64,000 bases of DNA, taken from assembly GCA_038087875.1 (NCBI GenBank), contig CM075997.1, forward strand, positions 5,954,001 to 6,018,000. Direction: 5' to 3'. Positions 38,986 to 52,025 of this stretch are shown piece by piece. The translations under genes were made by a program, and so were the position numbers. This stretch comes from Malacoraja senta. Taxonomy: Eukaryota. Below the pieces are notes generated by a model that was not told the origin of the DNA, did not search any database, and saw nothing but the letters and a program-made list of their open reading frames with translations. Positions within the stretch are counted from its first letter, which is position 1, and each line of letters begins with the position of its first letter.

Positions 38986-39781
38986 TTATGTCAACAACCA
39001 ATTCTTGCTGACATAAAGGGCCAGGTTAGACTCAAAATGCTGCAGTAACTCAATGGGTCAGGGTTCAACTCTGGAGAAAATGGATAGGTGACATTTTGGG
39101 TGGTAACCTTCTTCAGACTGATTGGGGGGGTTGGGGGGGTGGACACTGGAAGCAAGAAAAAAACAGGACAAATCAGGGCCAGCAACAGATGACCTCGGGC
39201 AGGGAGATTCCTCCTTGATCTTTATTAAGGCCTTGGCTGTTGGCTTGACACCATGATACAAGATTCTCGATTTATTTCCTGTACTTCATCTCATCATCAA
39301 TCTGTCAAGCACTAGACTTACAGTATCATCAAGAACTTAAAGAGCAAGTTGGCTTTGTACATGGTCACACAGTCATGGGTGTGCCAATTTTGGAAATTAA
39401 AGCAAGCATGTTTTATTCTAGTCCTGATGAATGACCATCAACCGTAAGAAGGTAACTTTTTTCTCTCCACATCACTTCCTTATCTACTGAGTATCCCGAA
39501 CAATTTTTGTTTTCTCTTTAGATTTCTTGTATCTGGATTTTTTAACGTTTTTTGGTAATGGATCAGTTTCTCATTGTGCAGTTAGTAATTACAGATTTGA
39601 GCTAAAGTAGCATGAAAAAAACAGTCCTAACTATGAGCAGGAAGTACATTTTTTGGCCTTGAAGAATACTTTGATATGTGCATCTTACATTAGATACTTT
39701 GTCTTTTTCATTGATGAAAGCTATGAATTGTGGTCTGCAAATTATTCCCTTTTGGATTTTGCCATTTATTTCTATTAATAG

Positions 39782-39922
<141 letters not shown>

Positions 39923-40875
39923 TAGTTCAAATGAGCAAATCTCAAAGAAAGTTGAATAATAATATTTTAATACCTTTTTCATGGAATCAAAATTTCTTTG
40001 GGCACTAAAATTTGTACATGAATATCACAAAATTAGCTAAATAAATTGCATAGATATAACACCTGAAAACTATCATCATACAACATGTCCTGAGGTTTAG
40101 TTGGCTGTTGGTTTGCCCTAATGTCACATATTCTTACCCATTAAAGATTGCTTATGATATAAGACACAAAACCGAGCCTGAATACTAATGTTTTTTTCCA
40201 TACCCAATATGATCTGGAATAGCAGAAATAAAAATGTACAATACTCACACATAAAAGGACAGTATTCCTTTGTGATCAAGAGCTGAGGGCATCAGTAATT
40301 CTAAGCAAATTATCCCCAACTTCAATAAACACAGAAATGTAGAAACGGATCAGGCCTGATCAACCTTTCTATACAATCGTAGCTAACTCGATACCGGATT
40401 CCCGCTTTTCCATATACCCCTTTACTTATTTTTACATTATTTATCCCCTTGATCTCCTCTTGTCAATTGGAATAAATTACACCTACATGACAAAGCAAAG
40501 TAGGGTCTCAATTTGATATATCTCATTTGAAAGGCTCCACTGAATGCAGATCTCCATTACTACTGCATCAGAGTTTTAAATTATGTTACAGAACTCAATA
40601 CAGAAGCAACATTGCCTGTTGTTGGACATAACTGATGTATAATGAAATTATTTCATGACTGAAAAGGAAATCTTGTTGCACTGGGGAATACAAACTATGC
40701 TTGTTTGTAATCTTGTTGCACTGGGGAATACATATATAATGTTTAATGCCTTAAAAACAGTGAACATGAACATAGAATGTAATGAAAGTCTTTGCATTCG
40801 TAATCATAAGAAGCATGTGGAACTCTTGCTGTTTCCCACTGATTTGCCAACAGGGTGTTTGGTTTGTAATTTTAG

Positions 40876-41062
40876 GTGAAAGTGTTGAAGAAAATGCCAA
40901 TGTCGTTGTGCGCTTGCTAATACGTCGCCCTGAATGCTTTGGGCCAGCCCTACGAGGTGAAGGTGGCAGTGGTTTACTTGGGGCCATCGAGGATGCTATT
41001 AAGATTTCTGAGGATCCTGCCCGTGATGGACCAACGGTCAAGAAAGACCGTAGACGGGAATT
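40876..41062 (+). CDS. RYR1: RYR1-like exon, ~human exon 44
   Basis: tttag|...|gtaaga; 187 bp; [61 protein letters not shown](F); [13 protein letters not shown] is RYR1-diagnostic versus RYR2/3. Confidence 0.96.
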
Positions 41063-42475
41063 GTAAGAAAACAATGTTAATTTGAATCAGCAAAAATATA
41101 CATCATATATTTCCTTTTATAAAGATTGGCAGCCTGAGATATTGATCTGTTGGTGAAATCGGCTGAAAAGTGGGGTGATGCATTTTGGGACCATAATGGT
41201 GCTGGGACATAGATCATGAATGAAAGGGCCTTATAGAGTATTGCAGATCAGTGGTACCTTGGAGTACATGTCCTTTGAAGGTGACATCAAATATCGGAAA
41301 CGTGGTTGAGAAGGCACAATGGATATTGGCCATTAGTTGGAGCTTTGAATAAAGGCTGAGACTATTTTTCCTGGAGAGAAGAAGGCTAAGGGGTGACATT
41401 ATAGAGTTTCATAAATCATGAGCGGCATAGATATGGTGGATCACCGTAGTCTTTTTCCCCCAGAGTTGGAGAGTTCAAAGCTAGATGGCATTAGTTTAAT
41501 GGGAGGTGAAAGGTCTAAAGGGAGGCACATTTTTCCACGTGAGGCATATTTTTCCACACAGTCATTGGGGGATATATATACAACAAACTGCAAATAGGAG
41601 TAGTGGACGCAGGTACAATTACAGCGTTTAAAGAGTATTTGGTCAAGTCCATGGTTGGTAAAGGTTTAGAGGGGTTTGGGTCGATTGTAGGCAAATGGGA
41701 CCAGCTCAGGTAGACAACTCGATCAGCACGAATGAGTTGGGCTGAAGGGTCTGTTTCCGTGCTGTCGATTATGATTAAAAAAAATGTGCTTCAAGCCACG
41801 TTAGAAAATACAGGGCAGGTGTCCAGCTGTTTGATCATAGAAATAGATTTCAAGGAGTATCTTATTGAAGGAAAGGGATTTAGAGAATGAAATGGATCCG
41901 TGCTGCACATTGATGGTTTTGGAGGACATTCCAGACAGTGTCCTAGCAACTGATAAAAATAATTAAACATACAGAAATGATGAGAATGCTTCTTTAATTG
42001 GTGAATGGCCCATATAAACATTTTAAAGAATTTGTTTTGATCCATGCAAATGATAAATGACCTAGAAACTGTGAATAGTTCTGCACTGATTTGTCATTAT
42101 CCGCACCCACTCTTTCAGGAGACATAAACCATCATCACAGAACTGAAGTCATGAAATTTTCAGGACAGGATTTAAAACGGACTGAATCCTTTTGTAAATG
42201 TAAATATGTATATATATTTAGAATGGACTGTACACATTATTAATTTAAAAGTTTAGAAGTGAAATTGATCCTGAGCGGTAATGCAGAGTGGGCAGTAAAG
42301 CTATTTGCAAGCACAGATTTATACCATCACACCCACTGAATCCAACTCTCCTTGCTCCTTGATTTATAAATAACTGTAGAATAATGTTTGTATAGCAGTA
42401 CATCCACAGAAAACAAAGCCCAAGAGCAATTGAATATTCTATTATGATCAATAACATACTTTTCATCTCTTGCAG

Positions 42476-42584
42476 CTATAGTGAAGAGGTCCATGAAGAA
42501 AATCGTGTCCATCTGGGGAATGCCATCATGTCTTTCTATTCAGCACTAATCGATCTATTGGGCCGCTGTGCTCCAGAAATGCAT
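42476..42584 (+). CDS. RYR1: RYR1-like exon, ~human exon 45
   Basis: tgcag|...|gtaagc; 109 bp; [36 protein letters not shown]. Confidence 0.96.
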
Positions 42585-43534
42585 GTAAGCAATTACCTAA
42601 TATTGATAAGCCAATTGCTGCTTCCTGTTGAACCACCCTCCTATACATGTGCCTGTTATCTTTATTTCACATTCTAAAACTGTTTATGTAAAAGCTTTGA
42701 AAGATAAGTAAAATATTTATTAAAATGAAACGAAAAGAAACAGATCTGTCCTGTCATAACAAGTAAATTACTTTGTTATTGAGCTTCAGAGATTAATCTG
42801 AAGTCAAACATTTAAAGCTTGAATTTGACATTGAAATGTACGTTGTGTTTCACCTTTGTCTTTCTGGGAAAATGGAGTGGACAAGCCGCCTGCCATAACT
42901 AATCCAACACATTCTGTGACATTTTGGACACCTTTAATGCGATCCCACCATCAGTCATCCTACCCATTTCTATCCCTTTCAACATTCCATTGAGACAATT
43001 CTCTCCACAACTCTTTGGTTTTCTTATTTCTTTCCTACTAAACCCCCCCCCACCAAGGCACTTTCCCCTGTAACTACCGGAGATATAGCACCTGCCCCTC
43101 CTTTACATCGGCGAGACCAAGTATGAAGTTACTATTTTGCCAAACACCAAGGCCTGCTGGAGCTCCCGGATATGAACCACTTTAACTTGGAAGTGTGCCC
43201 TTCCCATTCCCGTACTGACCTTTCTATCTCACACTCCTCCATTGCCAGAGTGAGGCCACTCACAAACAGGAAGAACAGCACCTCATGTTCCACTCGGAAA
43301 GCTTAAATTAATTCTCCATTTAAAGTAATACAACCCCTCATCACACATCCTCCCCCCACCCCGCCCACCAGTCCTCTCTACACATGCATTTCTCCCACCA
43401 TCCACCAATGCCCAACTTAAAGGAAAGATGTATTTGCATAGGAGAGGAACCAAAATGGATATTATGTAGATGGTGCCAGGGATGGAGAATTGTAGATGAG
43501 AGGAAAATTTAATAGATTGGAAATGTTCTTGCAA

Positions 43535-46500
43535 CATAGAAAGATAGAACATAGAAACATAGACAATAGGTGCAGGAGGAAGCCATTCGGCCCTTCGAGC
43601 CAGCACCGCTATTCATTGTGATCATGGCCGATCATCCCCAATCAATAACCCGTGCCTGCCTTCTCCCCATATCCCTTGATTCCACTAGCCCCTAGAGCTC
43701 TATCTAACTCTCTCTTAAATCCATCCAGTGACTTGGCCTCCACTGCCCTCTGTGGCAGGGAATTCCACAAATTCACAACTCTGGGTGAAAAAGTTTTTTC
43801 TCACCTCAGTCTTAAATGGCGTCCCTTTTATTCTAAGACTGTGGCCCCTGGTTCTGGACTCGCCCAACATTGGGAACATCTTTCCTGTATCTAGCTTGTC
43901 CAGTCCTCTTATAATGTTATATGTTTCTATAAGATCACCCCTCATCCTTCAAAACTCCAGTGAATACAAACCTAGTCTTTTCAATCTTTCCTCATATGAC
44001 AGTCCCGCCATCCCAGGGATCAATCTCATGAACCTACGCTGCACTGCCTCAATCACAAGGATGTCCTTCCTCAAATTAGGAGACCAAAACTGGACACAAT
44101 ACTCCAGATGTGGTCTCACCAGAGCCCTATGCAACTGTAGAAGAACCTCTTTACTCCTATACTGAAATCCTCTTGTTATGAAGGCCAACATTCCATTAGC
44201 TTTCCTCACTGCCTGCTGTACTTGCACGCCAACTTTCAGTGATCGGTGTACAAGGACACCCAGGTCTCGCTGCACCTCCCCCTTGCCTGACCTAACCCCA
44301 TTGAGATAATAATCTGCCCCCTTGTTTTTGCTGCCAAAGTGGATAACCTCACATTTATCTATATTATACTGCATCTGCCATGCAAATGCCCACTTACTCA
44401 ACCTGTCCAGGTCACCCTGCAACCTCCTAACATCCTCTTCACAGTTCACACTGCCACCCAGCTTTGTGTCATCCGCAAACTTGCCAGTGTTGCTCCTAAT
44501 TCCTTCTTCCAAATCATTAATATATATGGTAAACAGTTGCGGCCCCAACACCGAGCTTTGCGGCACTCCACTCGCCACTGCCTGCTATTCTGAAAAGGAC
44601 CCGTTCACTCCTACTCTTTGCTTCCTGTCTGCCAACCAATTTTCTATCCATGTCAACACCCTACTCTACGATACCATGTGCTCTAATTTTAGTCACCAGT
44701 CTCCCGTGCGGGACCTTATCAAAGGCTTTCTGAAAGTCTAGATACACTACATCCACTGGCACCCCTTCATCCATTTTACTTGTCACCTCCTCAAAAAATT
44801 CCAGAAGATTAGTCAAGCATGATTTCTCTTTCATAAGTCCATGTTGACTTGGACTAATCCTTTTACTGCTATCCAAATGCCCCATTATTACCTCTTTAAT
44901 AATTGACTCCAGCATCTTTCCTACCACCGAAGTCAGGCTAACTGGTCTGTAATTCCCCGTTTTCTCTCTCTCGCTCCTTTCTTGAAAAGTGGGATAAAGT
45001 AAGCGATCCTCCAATCCACAGGAACTGATCCTGAATCGATCGAACATTGGAAAATAATCACCAATGCGTCCACTATTTCTAGAGCCACCTCCCTGAGGAC
45101 CCTGGGATGCAGACCATCAGGCCCAGGGGATTTATCATCATTCAGTCCCATTAGCCTACCCAATACTATTTCTCGCCTAATGAAAATTTCTTTCAGTTCC
45201 TCTACCCCATTAGATCCTCTGTCCTCCAGTACATCTGGGAGATTGTTTGTGTCTTCCTTAGTGAAGACAGATCCGAAGTACCTGTTCAACTCTTCTGCCA
45301 TTTCCTTGTTACCCATAATAATTTCACCCGTGTCTGCTTTCAAGAGACCCACATTTGACTTTGCTACTCTTTTACCCTTAACTTATCTAAAGAAGCGTTT
45401 ACTGTCCTTCTTTATATTGCTGGCCAGCTTCCCCTCGTACTTCATCTTTTCAGCCCGTATTGGCCTTTTTGTTTCCTTCTGTTGTCCTATGAAAGTTTCC
45501 CAATCCTCTGGCTTCCGGCTACTCTTAGCTGTGTTATACATCTTTTCTTTTCGTTTTATTCTATCCCTAACTTCTCTTGTCAGCCACGGTTGCCTCCTAC
45601 GCCCCTTAGAATCTTTCTTCCTTTTTGGAATGAAATGATTCTGCGTCTTCCGGATAATGCCCAGAAATTCCTGCCATTGCTGTTCCACCGTCATTCCGGC
45701 TAGGATCCCTTTCCAGTCTACCTTGGCCAGCTCCTCTCTCATGCCTTCCTAGTCCCCTTTGTCTCATAGTCAATTGCATCATTGACATTTCCGATTTAAC
45801 CTTCTCCTTCTCAAATTGCAGATTAAAACTAATCATATTATGATCACTACCTCCAAGCAGTTCCTTTACCTCGAGTTCTCTTATATCTGGTTTATTTGAC
45901 AACACTATATCCAGAATTGCCTTTTCTCTGGTCGGCTCCATTACAAGCTGCTCTAAGAATCCATCTCGGAGGCACTCTACAAACTCTCTTTCTTGGGGTC
46001 CTGAACCAACCTGATTTTCCCAGTCTACCTGCATATTGAAATCCCCCATCACCACAGTGGCATTACCTTTGTTACATGCCAGTTTTAACTCCTGCTGCAA
46101 CTTACACCCTACATCCGGGCTGCTATTTGGGGGTCTGTAGATAACACTAATTAGTGTCTTCTTGCCTTTACAATTCCTCAACTCAATCCACAGTGACTCA
46201 ACCTCGTCAGTCCCTATGTCTTCCCTCGCAAGGGACTGAATTCCATCCCTCACCAGCAGAGCTACCCCACTCTTCTGCCCACCTGCCTGTCCTTTCTATA
46301 GGATGTATAACCCTGAATATTAAGTTCCTAGGCCCAATCCTCCTGCAGCCACGTCTCAGTAATCCCCACAGTCATATCTACCAACCTCTAACTGAGCCTC
46401 AAGCTCATCTACTTTACTTCTTATACTTCGCGCATTCATATACAATACTTTTAAATCCTTACGCATCTCACCTTTCACATCGATCCCTATTACACTTGGG

Positions 46501-47515
46501 CATACTCTCCTAACCCTTTGTGAGCTTTCTTTCACGTTAATTCTGGGTCATTAACTATCCCTTTACTCTCTTTCCCTTTAACTCCGTCCTTGACTATCCA
46601 TTTACTCTCTTTCCCTTTAACTCCGTCCTTGACTATCCCATTTGACACCCCACCCCCCTTATTCAGTTTAAAACCACGCGTGTAGCAGTGGCAAACCTGC
46701 CTGCCAGAATGTTGGTACCCCACCTGTTGAGGTGCAATCTGTCCCTTTTGTACAGTTCCCCCTTACTCCAAAACAGATCCCAGTGGTCTAAGAATCCAAA
46801 TCCCTGCCCCCTGCACCAGTTCCTGAGCCACACATTCAGGTCCTGTACCTCCCTGGTACCCGGACGTGGCGCCGACAGACAAGAAGCCGAAGCAAAGAAG
46901 TCGAAGCCAAAGAACGGAATGGAAACGAGGCCGAAACGCCAATAATCCGAAAGAGTCCGAAGACGAAACGCCTACTAACCAAAAGGATGGGACGCCTAAA
47001 TGCAAACTAACCGAAAGGGCGGGACGCCTAAATCCCAAGGAACCGAAAAGCTGCGTCGCCTAAATGCAAACCTACCGAATGGCCGCTCTGTCGAAACGCC
47101 ACTTACCCGAAAGGCGGCGTTGCCTACAGGCCAAAGGACCGACTGCCGCCCAACAGAAAAGTCCAATAACGGACTTGACGTTACCGGGGGCGGGACTTGT
47201 CAGCGATTGGTCCAGACCCCCACGCCCATCTCATCACTGTGAATGCATGAATATTGTCCCAAACCTCCGCTCCACCCGATCCGCAGCCGTGGGAGAGTGG
47301 GGGCTGTCCTTTCGGTTAGTAGGCGTTTCGAGTGGGAGAGTGGGGGCTGGTCTTTCGGTTAGTAGGCGTTTTGTCTTCGGACTCTTTCGGTTAATTGTCG
47401 TTTCGGCCTCGTTTCCATTCCGTTCTTTGGCTTCGACTTCTTTGCTTCGGCCTCTCGTCCGTCGGCGCCACGTCGGCACACGTATCTCCCAGTTCCTGCT
47501 CTCGTGGCAAGGCAC
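43535..47515 (-). mobile_element. Long CR1 LINE (ORF2 EN+RT with frameshifts, ORF1 3' end), interrupted by a TIR element at 46856-47481
   Basis: ORF fragments with VIYRPP, MGDFN, SDHN (endonuclease) and RT motifs; CATAGAAA-type tail at 43535. Confidence 0.93.
46856..47481. mobile_element. Long-TIR non-autonomous DNA transposon, Mutator/MULE-like
   Basis: ~125-bp inverted repeats, repeated CCGAAA subterminal motifs, 11-bp TSD GTACCTCCCTG/GTATCTCCCAG (9/11). Confidence 0.75.
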
Positions 47516-47888
47516 AATTGACAGTGAATATGCGGGTCTGTAATGCACTTGCTGAAAGTGTGGTCAGGCAAAAACCTTCAACACATTGATATGGTGCATG
47601 GATGTGTACTTGACAAGTCACAAGTTTCGTTGACAAGTCACAACATACAGATTATTACTGGAAGGAGTGGTTCGGTGGGATTGTCTTAGGTACATAACCA
47701 GCACTATTTAAATGTGCTGATGGTACTGTTTCAACTGGCATAGACTCAATGGATGTACTGTTCATTTTCTATGATTCTCTATCTGCCTTTGACTGTGGAT
47801 TGAAATACGATTTTCCGGTTCATTTTGAATTGGTGCTTTTCCAAAACTGGCTTTTTGCTAGATTGTAAATTGTTCTCTTTTTCAACAG

Positions 47889-48009
47889 TTGATTCAAGCT
47901 GGCAAAGGTGAAGCATTAAGAATCCGAGCTATCCTGCGATCCTTGGTTCCCATTGAAGACTTGGTTGGTGTTATAAGCCTGCCAGTGCAGATACCTGCCT
48001 TTGGAAAAG
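47889..48009 (+). CDS. RYR1: RYR1-like exon, ~human exon 46
   Basis: aacag|...|gtaaag; 121 bp; [40 protein letters not shown](D). Confidence 0.96.
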
Positions 48010-48784
48010 GTAAAGTTAAATTGATTTTGCTGGTGTGCTCGACGTTTGTACGTTCAAAATGCCAGATGTACTCAGCAGGCCAGGCACCATCCATGGGGAG
48101 AGTCATTGTACTGCGCAATACTTGGCCCAATTCATCCATCCCAACCGTGATGGCCCTCTGTGCTAATTCCATTGGCCTGAATTGGGCCCAGATCCTTCCA
48201 CTCATTTCCAATACGTGTTGTGGCTTTTTAGACATTTTGATAGTTTCTGCCACCAACACCTCTTCCGGCAGCCTCTGCCATAAGAGGGCCAATTGCAGCG
48301 TCCCTGTTAGACGCTGCCGGGATGGTGGTGAAGGCAACTAGGATAGTTGCATTTAATTGGCTTTTAGATAAGCAAATGGTTATGCAGGAAATGATGCTAA
48401 ACGGAGCATGTTCAGGCAGAGGCTTTAGTTTAACCTGACATTGACATCATAGGTTTGTTCATGTGCTGGACTGTTTTATGCCTCATGTATAACAACCACC
48501 GTCTGTGTGGAAAACATGCCCCTAAGATTTACGAGGATGTGATACGATACGATGGACTTTATTTATCCCAGGAGAGAAATTGGTCTGCCAACAGTCATAA
48601 AACAAAACAAGATACATGCAACATGAAATTAAAGTGACGAGTGGAAAGTCCAGGATTGGAGATGTGCAAAGATTGGGGAGGGTGAAGGGGAGTTATTCTA
48701 CCCCACGACAGAAGGGGGAGGAGTTGTACAGTTTCATGGCCGCAGGAAAAATATTTTCCTGCGGCAACTTGGTGGAACCAGTCA

Positions 48785-49098
48785 AGGCATGGTGGCGCAG
48801 CGGTTGATTTGCTGCCTTACAGCGAATGCAGCACCGGAGACCCGGGTTCGATCCTGACTACGGGTGTTGTCTGTAAGGAGTTTGTACATTCTCACCGTGA
48901 CCTGCGTGGGTTTTCTCAGAGATCTTCGGTTTCCTCCCACACTCCAAAGACGTATATATTTTTAGGTTAATTGGCTTGGTAAATGTTTTTAAAAAATTGT
49001 CCCTAGTGTGTGTAGGATAGTGTTAATGAGCGTGGATCGCTGGTCGGCGTGGACCCGGTGAGCCGAAGGGCCTGTTTCCGCGCTGTATCTAAAACTGA
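48785..49098 (+). mobile_element. tRNA-derived V-SINE
   Basis: Same family as 7195-7492 with A and B boxes. Confidence 0.85.
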
Positions 49099-50396
49099 AA
49101 GAGTCTGTAGCTGAAGGTGCTCCTCAGGTTGACCAGTGCGTCATGGAGGGGGTGAGCTGTATTGTCCAAGATGCTCCTCAGTTTGAGGAGCATCCTCCTC
49201 TCCAAGACCATCTCCAGTGAGTCTAACAATGTTGCCAGGACTAGAGGGTTGGAGTTATAGCGAGAGTAGGCTGGGACTCTATTCCTTGGAGCGCTGGAAG
49301 AAGAGGGGTGATCATAGAGGTGTATAAAATCATGAGAGGAATAGATCGGGTAGATGCACAGAGTCTCTTGCTCAAAGTAGGTGAAGGCCCAGAGGACATA
49401 GGTTTAAGGTGAAGGGGAAAAGATTTAATAGGAATCCGAGGGGTAACTTTTTCACACCGCAGGTGGTTAGTGCATGGAACCAGCTGCCAGAGGTGGTAGT
49501 TGAGGCTAGGACTATCTCAACGTTTAAGAAACCGTTAGACTTCCATCTCCACTGCTCTACCCAACTTTTCAGTTCATCTGTGCCCCGTTGTATACTTAGA
49601 CAACTGTCCACTTCTGACACGAATTCCACAACTAGTCTACAACTGACAACTTCACCAGTTATTGTGACAACAGCACTTACTATTCAAACCACCCATAATA
49701 TTATATAAGTAATTCATATATATTCCAAGCAAGGGTCCCTAATTGTACACCGATGGTTACAAACTTTCATTCAAAAGAGCAACCTTCTCCCTGATGAAAG
49801 CCAAGGAACAGTAATCTTTAGCATCCCCCTAATATACCATATTTCCACACACAGTTTTGTCCTTTGTCCTTTGTTCCTTGAAGGGATCTAGTATTTTTCT
49901 AACTACCCTCTTGCTACCAACATTATTATAAAAGGTGTTGGAATTTTCCTTATTCTTACTCTATTCTCCAAACTCTCTCAAGATCTCTCTTATATCCCCT
50001 ATTCTTCTTCTTCTTCTTGCGTATGGCGGCACAGCCTAAAGTTGTAAGACAACTTGTTCTGTTTTATCTTCTGTTTGTGCACGCCAGGTTGATTGCATTC
50101 GTCGACACAGGGTGGACCACGTGAAGGTTGCAATCTCCCACCCCATATCCCCTATTGAATTTAAAGGGCTCATTTGATACTAATTACCTATACTTGATGT
50201 ATGCTTGTAAAAAAATAATTGCAGATACACGTTAATATAAAAAAGGATACAAAGTGCTGAAGCGGGTCAGGCAGCATCCCTGGAGAACATGGATAGGTGA
50301 TGTTTCGGGTTGAGAACCTTCTTTAGACTGATTCTAGGGGGAGAAAAAAGAGGGGGTGGGGTGGGAGAAGTGGGGGAGGAGTTATGGAGGGAATTA

Positions 50397-52025
50397 CAGT
50401 GCCCTCCATAATGTTTGGGACAAAGACCCATCATTTAATTATTTGCCTCTGTACTCCACACTTTGAGATTTGCAATATAAAAAAAATCACATGTGGTTAA
50501 AGTGCACATTGTCACATTTTAAAAAGGCCATTTTTATACATTTTGGTTTCACCATGTAGAAATTACATCAGTGTTTATACATAGTCCCCCCATTTCTGAG
50601 CACCATAATGTTTGGGACACAGCAATGTCATGTAAATGAAAGTAGTCATGTTTAGTATTTTGTTGCATATCCTTTGCATGCAATGATTGCTTGAAGTCTG
50701 CGATTCATGGACATCACCAGTTGCTGGGTGTCTTCTCTGGTGATGCTCTGCCAGACATGTATTGCAGCCAACTTTAGGTTATGCTTGTTTTGGGGGCTAA
50801 TCCCCTTCAGTTTTCTCGTCAGCATATAAAAGGCATGCTCAATTGGGTTCAGATCGGGTGATTGACTTGGCCACTCAAGAATTGATCACTTTTTAGCTTT
50901 GAAAAAATTGTTGCTTTAGCAGTAGGTTTGGGATCATTGTCTTGCTGTAGAATGAACCGCCGGCCAATGATTTTTGAGGCATTTGTTTGAACTTGAGCAG
51001 ATAGGATGTGTCTATACACTTCAGAATTAATTATGCTACTACCATCAGCAGTTGTATCATCAATGAAGATAAGTGAGTCAGTACCTTCAGCAGCCATACA
51101 TGTCCAGGCCATAACACGCCCACCACCGTGTTTCACAGTATAAGGTGGTATGCTTTGGATCTTGGGCAGTTCCTTCTCTCCTCCATACTTTGCTCTTGCC
51201 ATCACTCTGATATATGTTAATCTTCGTCTTATTAGTCCACAAGACCTTTTTACAGAACTGTGGTTGTCTTTTAAGTACTTCTTGGCAAACTGTAACCTGG
51301 CTATTTTCGCGGCTATCCAGTGGTTTGCATCTTGCAGTGTAGCCTCTGTACTTCTGTTCATGAAGTCTTCTGCGGACATTGGTCTTGACAAATCCACACC
51401 CGACTCCCGAAGTGTGTTTCTGATCTGTCGGACAGGTGTTTGTGGATTTTTCTTTATTATAGGGAGAATTCTTCTGTCATCAGCTGTGAAGGTCTTCCTT
51501 GGCCTGTCAGTCCCTTTGTGATTAGTAAGCTCACCAGTGCTCTCTTTCTTCTTCATGATGTTCCAAACAGTTAATTTTGGTAAGCCTAAGGTTTGGCTGA
51601 TGTCATTCTTGTTTCTCAGTCTCATAATGGCTTTGTTGACTTTCATTGGCACAACCTTGGTCCTCATGTTGATAAATAGCAATAAAGGTTTCCAAAGGTG
51701 ATGGAAAGACTGGAGGAAAGACTAGGCACTGAGAGTGTCTTATACCTGATTTAAGGAGGCATTTAAACACACCTGAGCAATTACAAACACACATGAAGCC
51801 ATGTGTCCCAAACATTATGGTGCCCTGAAATGGGGGGACTATCTATAAACACAGCTGTAATTTCTACATGGTGAAACCAAAATGTATAAAAATACCCTTT
51901 AATAAAATCTGACAAAGGGCACTTTAACCACATGTGATATTTTCTATTACAAATCTCAAATTGTGGAGTACAGAAGCAAATATATAAATGATGGGTCTTT
52001 GTCCCAAACATTATGGAGGGCACTG
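50397..52025 (-). mobile_element. Full-length Tc1 (IR/DR type) transposon with frameshifted transposase
   Basis: TA|CAGTGCCCTCCATAATG...CATTATGGAGGGCACTG|TA; ~220-bp TIRs with inner CATAATGTTTGGGACA repeat; motifs VKHGGG, QQDNDPK, WPSQSPDLNPIEHA. Confidence 0.96.

Noticed and set aside
47889..48341. Extended ORFs (150 aa here; also 40782-41066, 42444-42677, 54156-54641) as standalone genes
   Set aside because: RYR1 exons reading through into intron sequence; similarity stops at the splice sites
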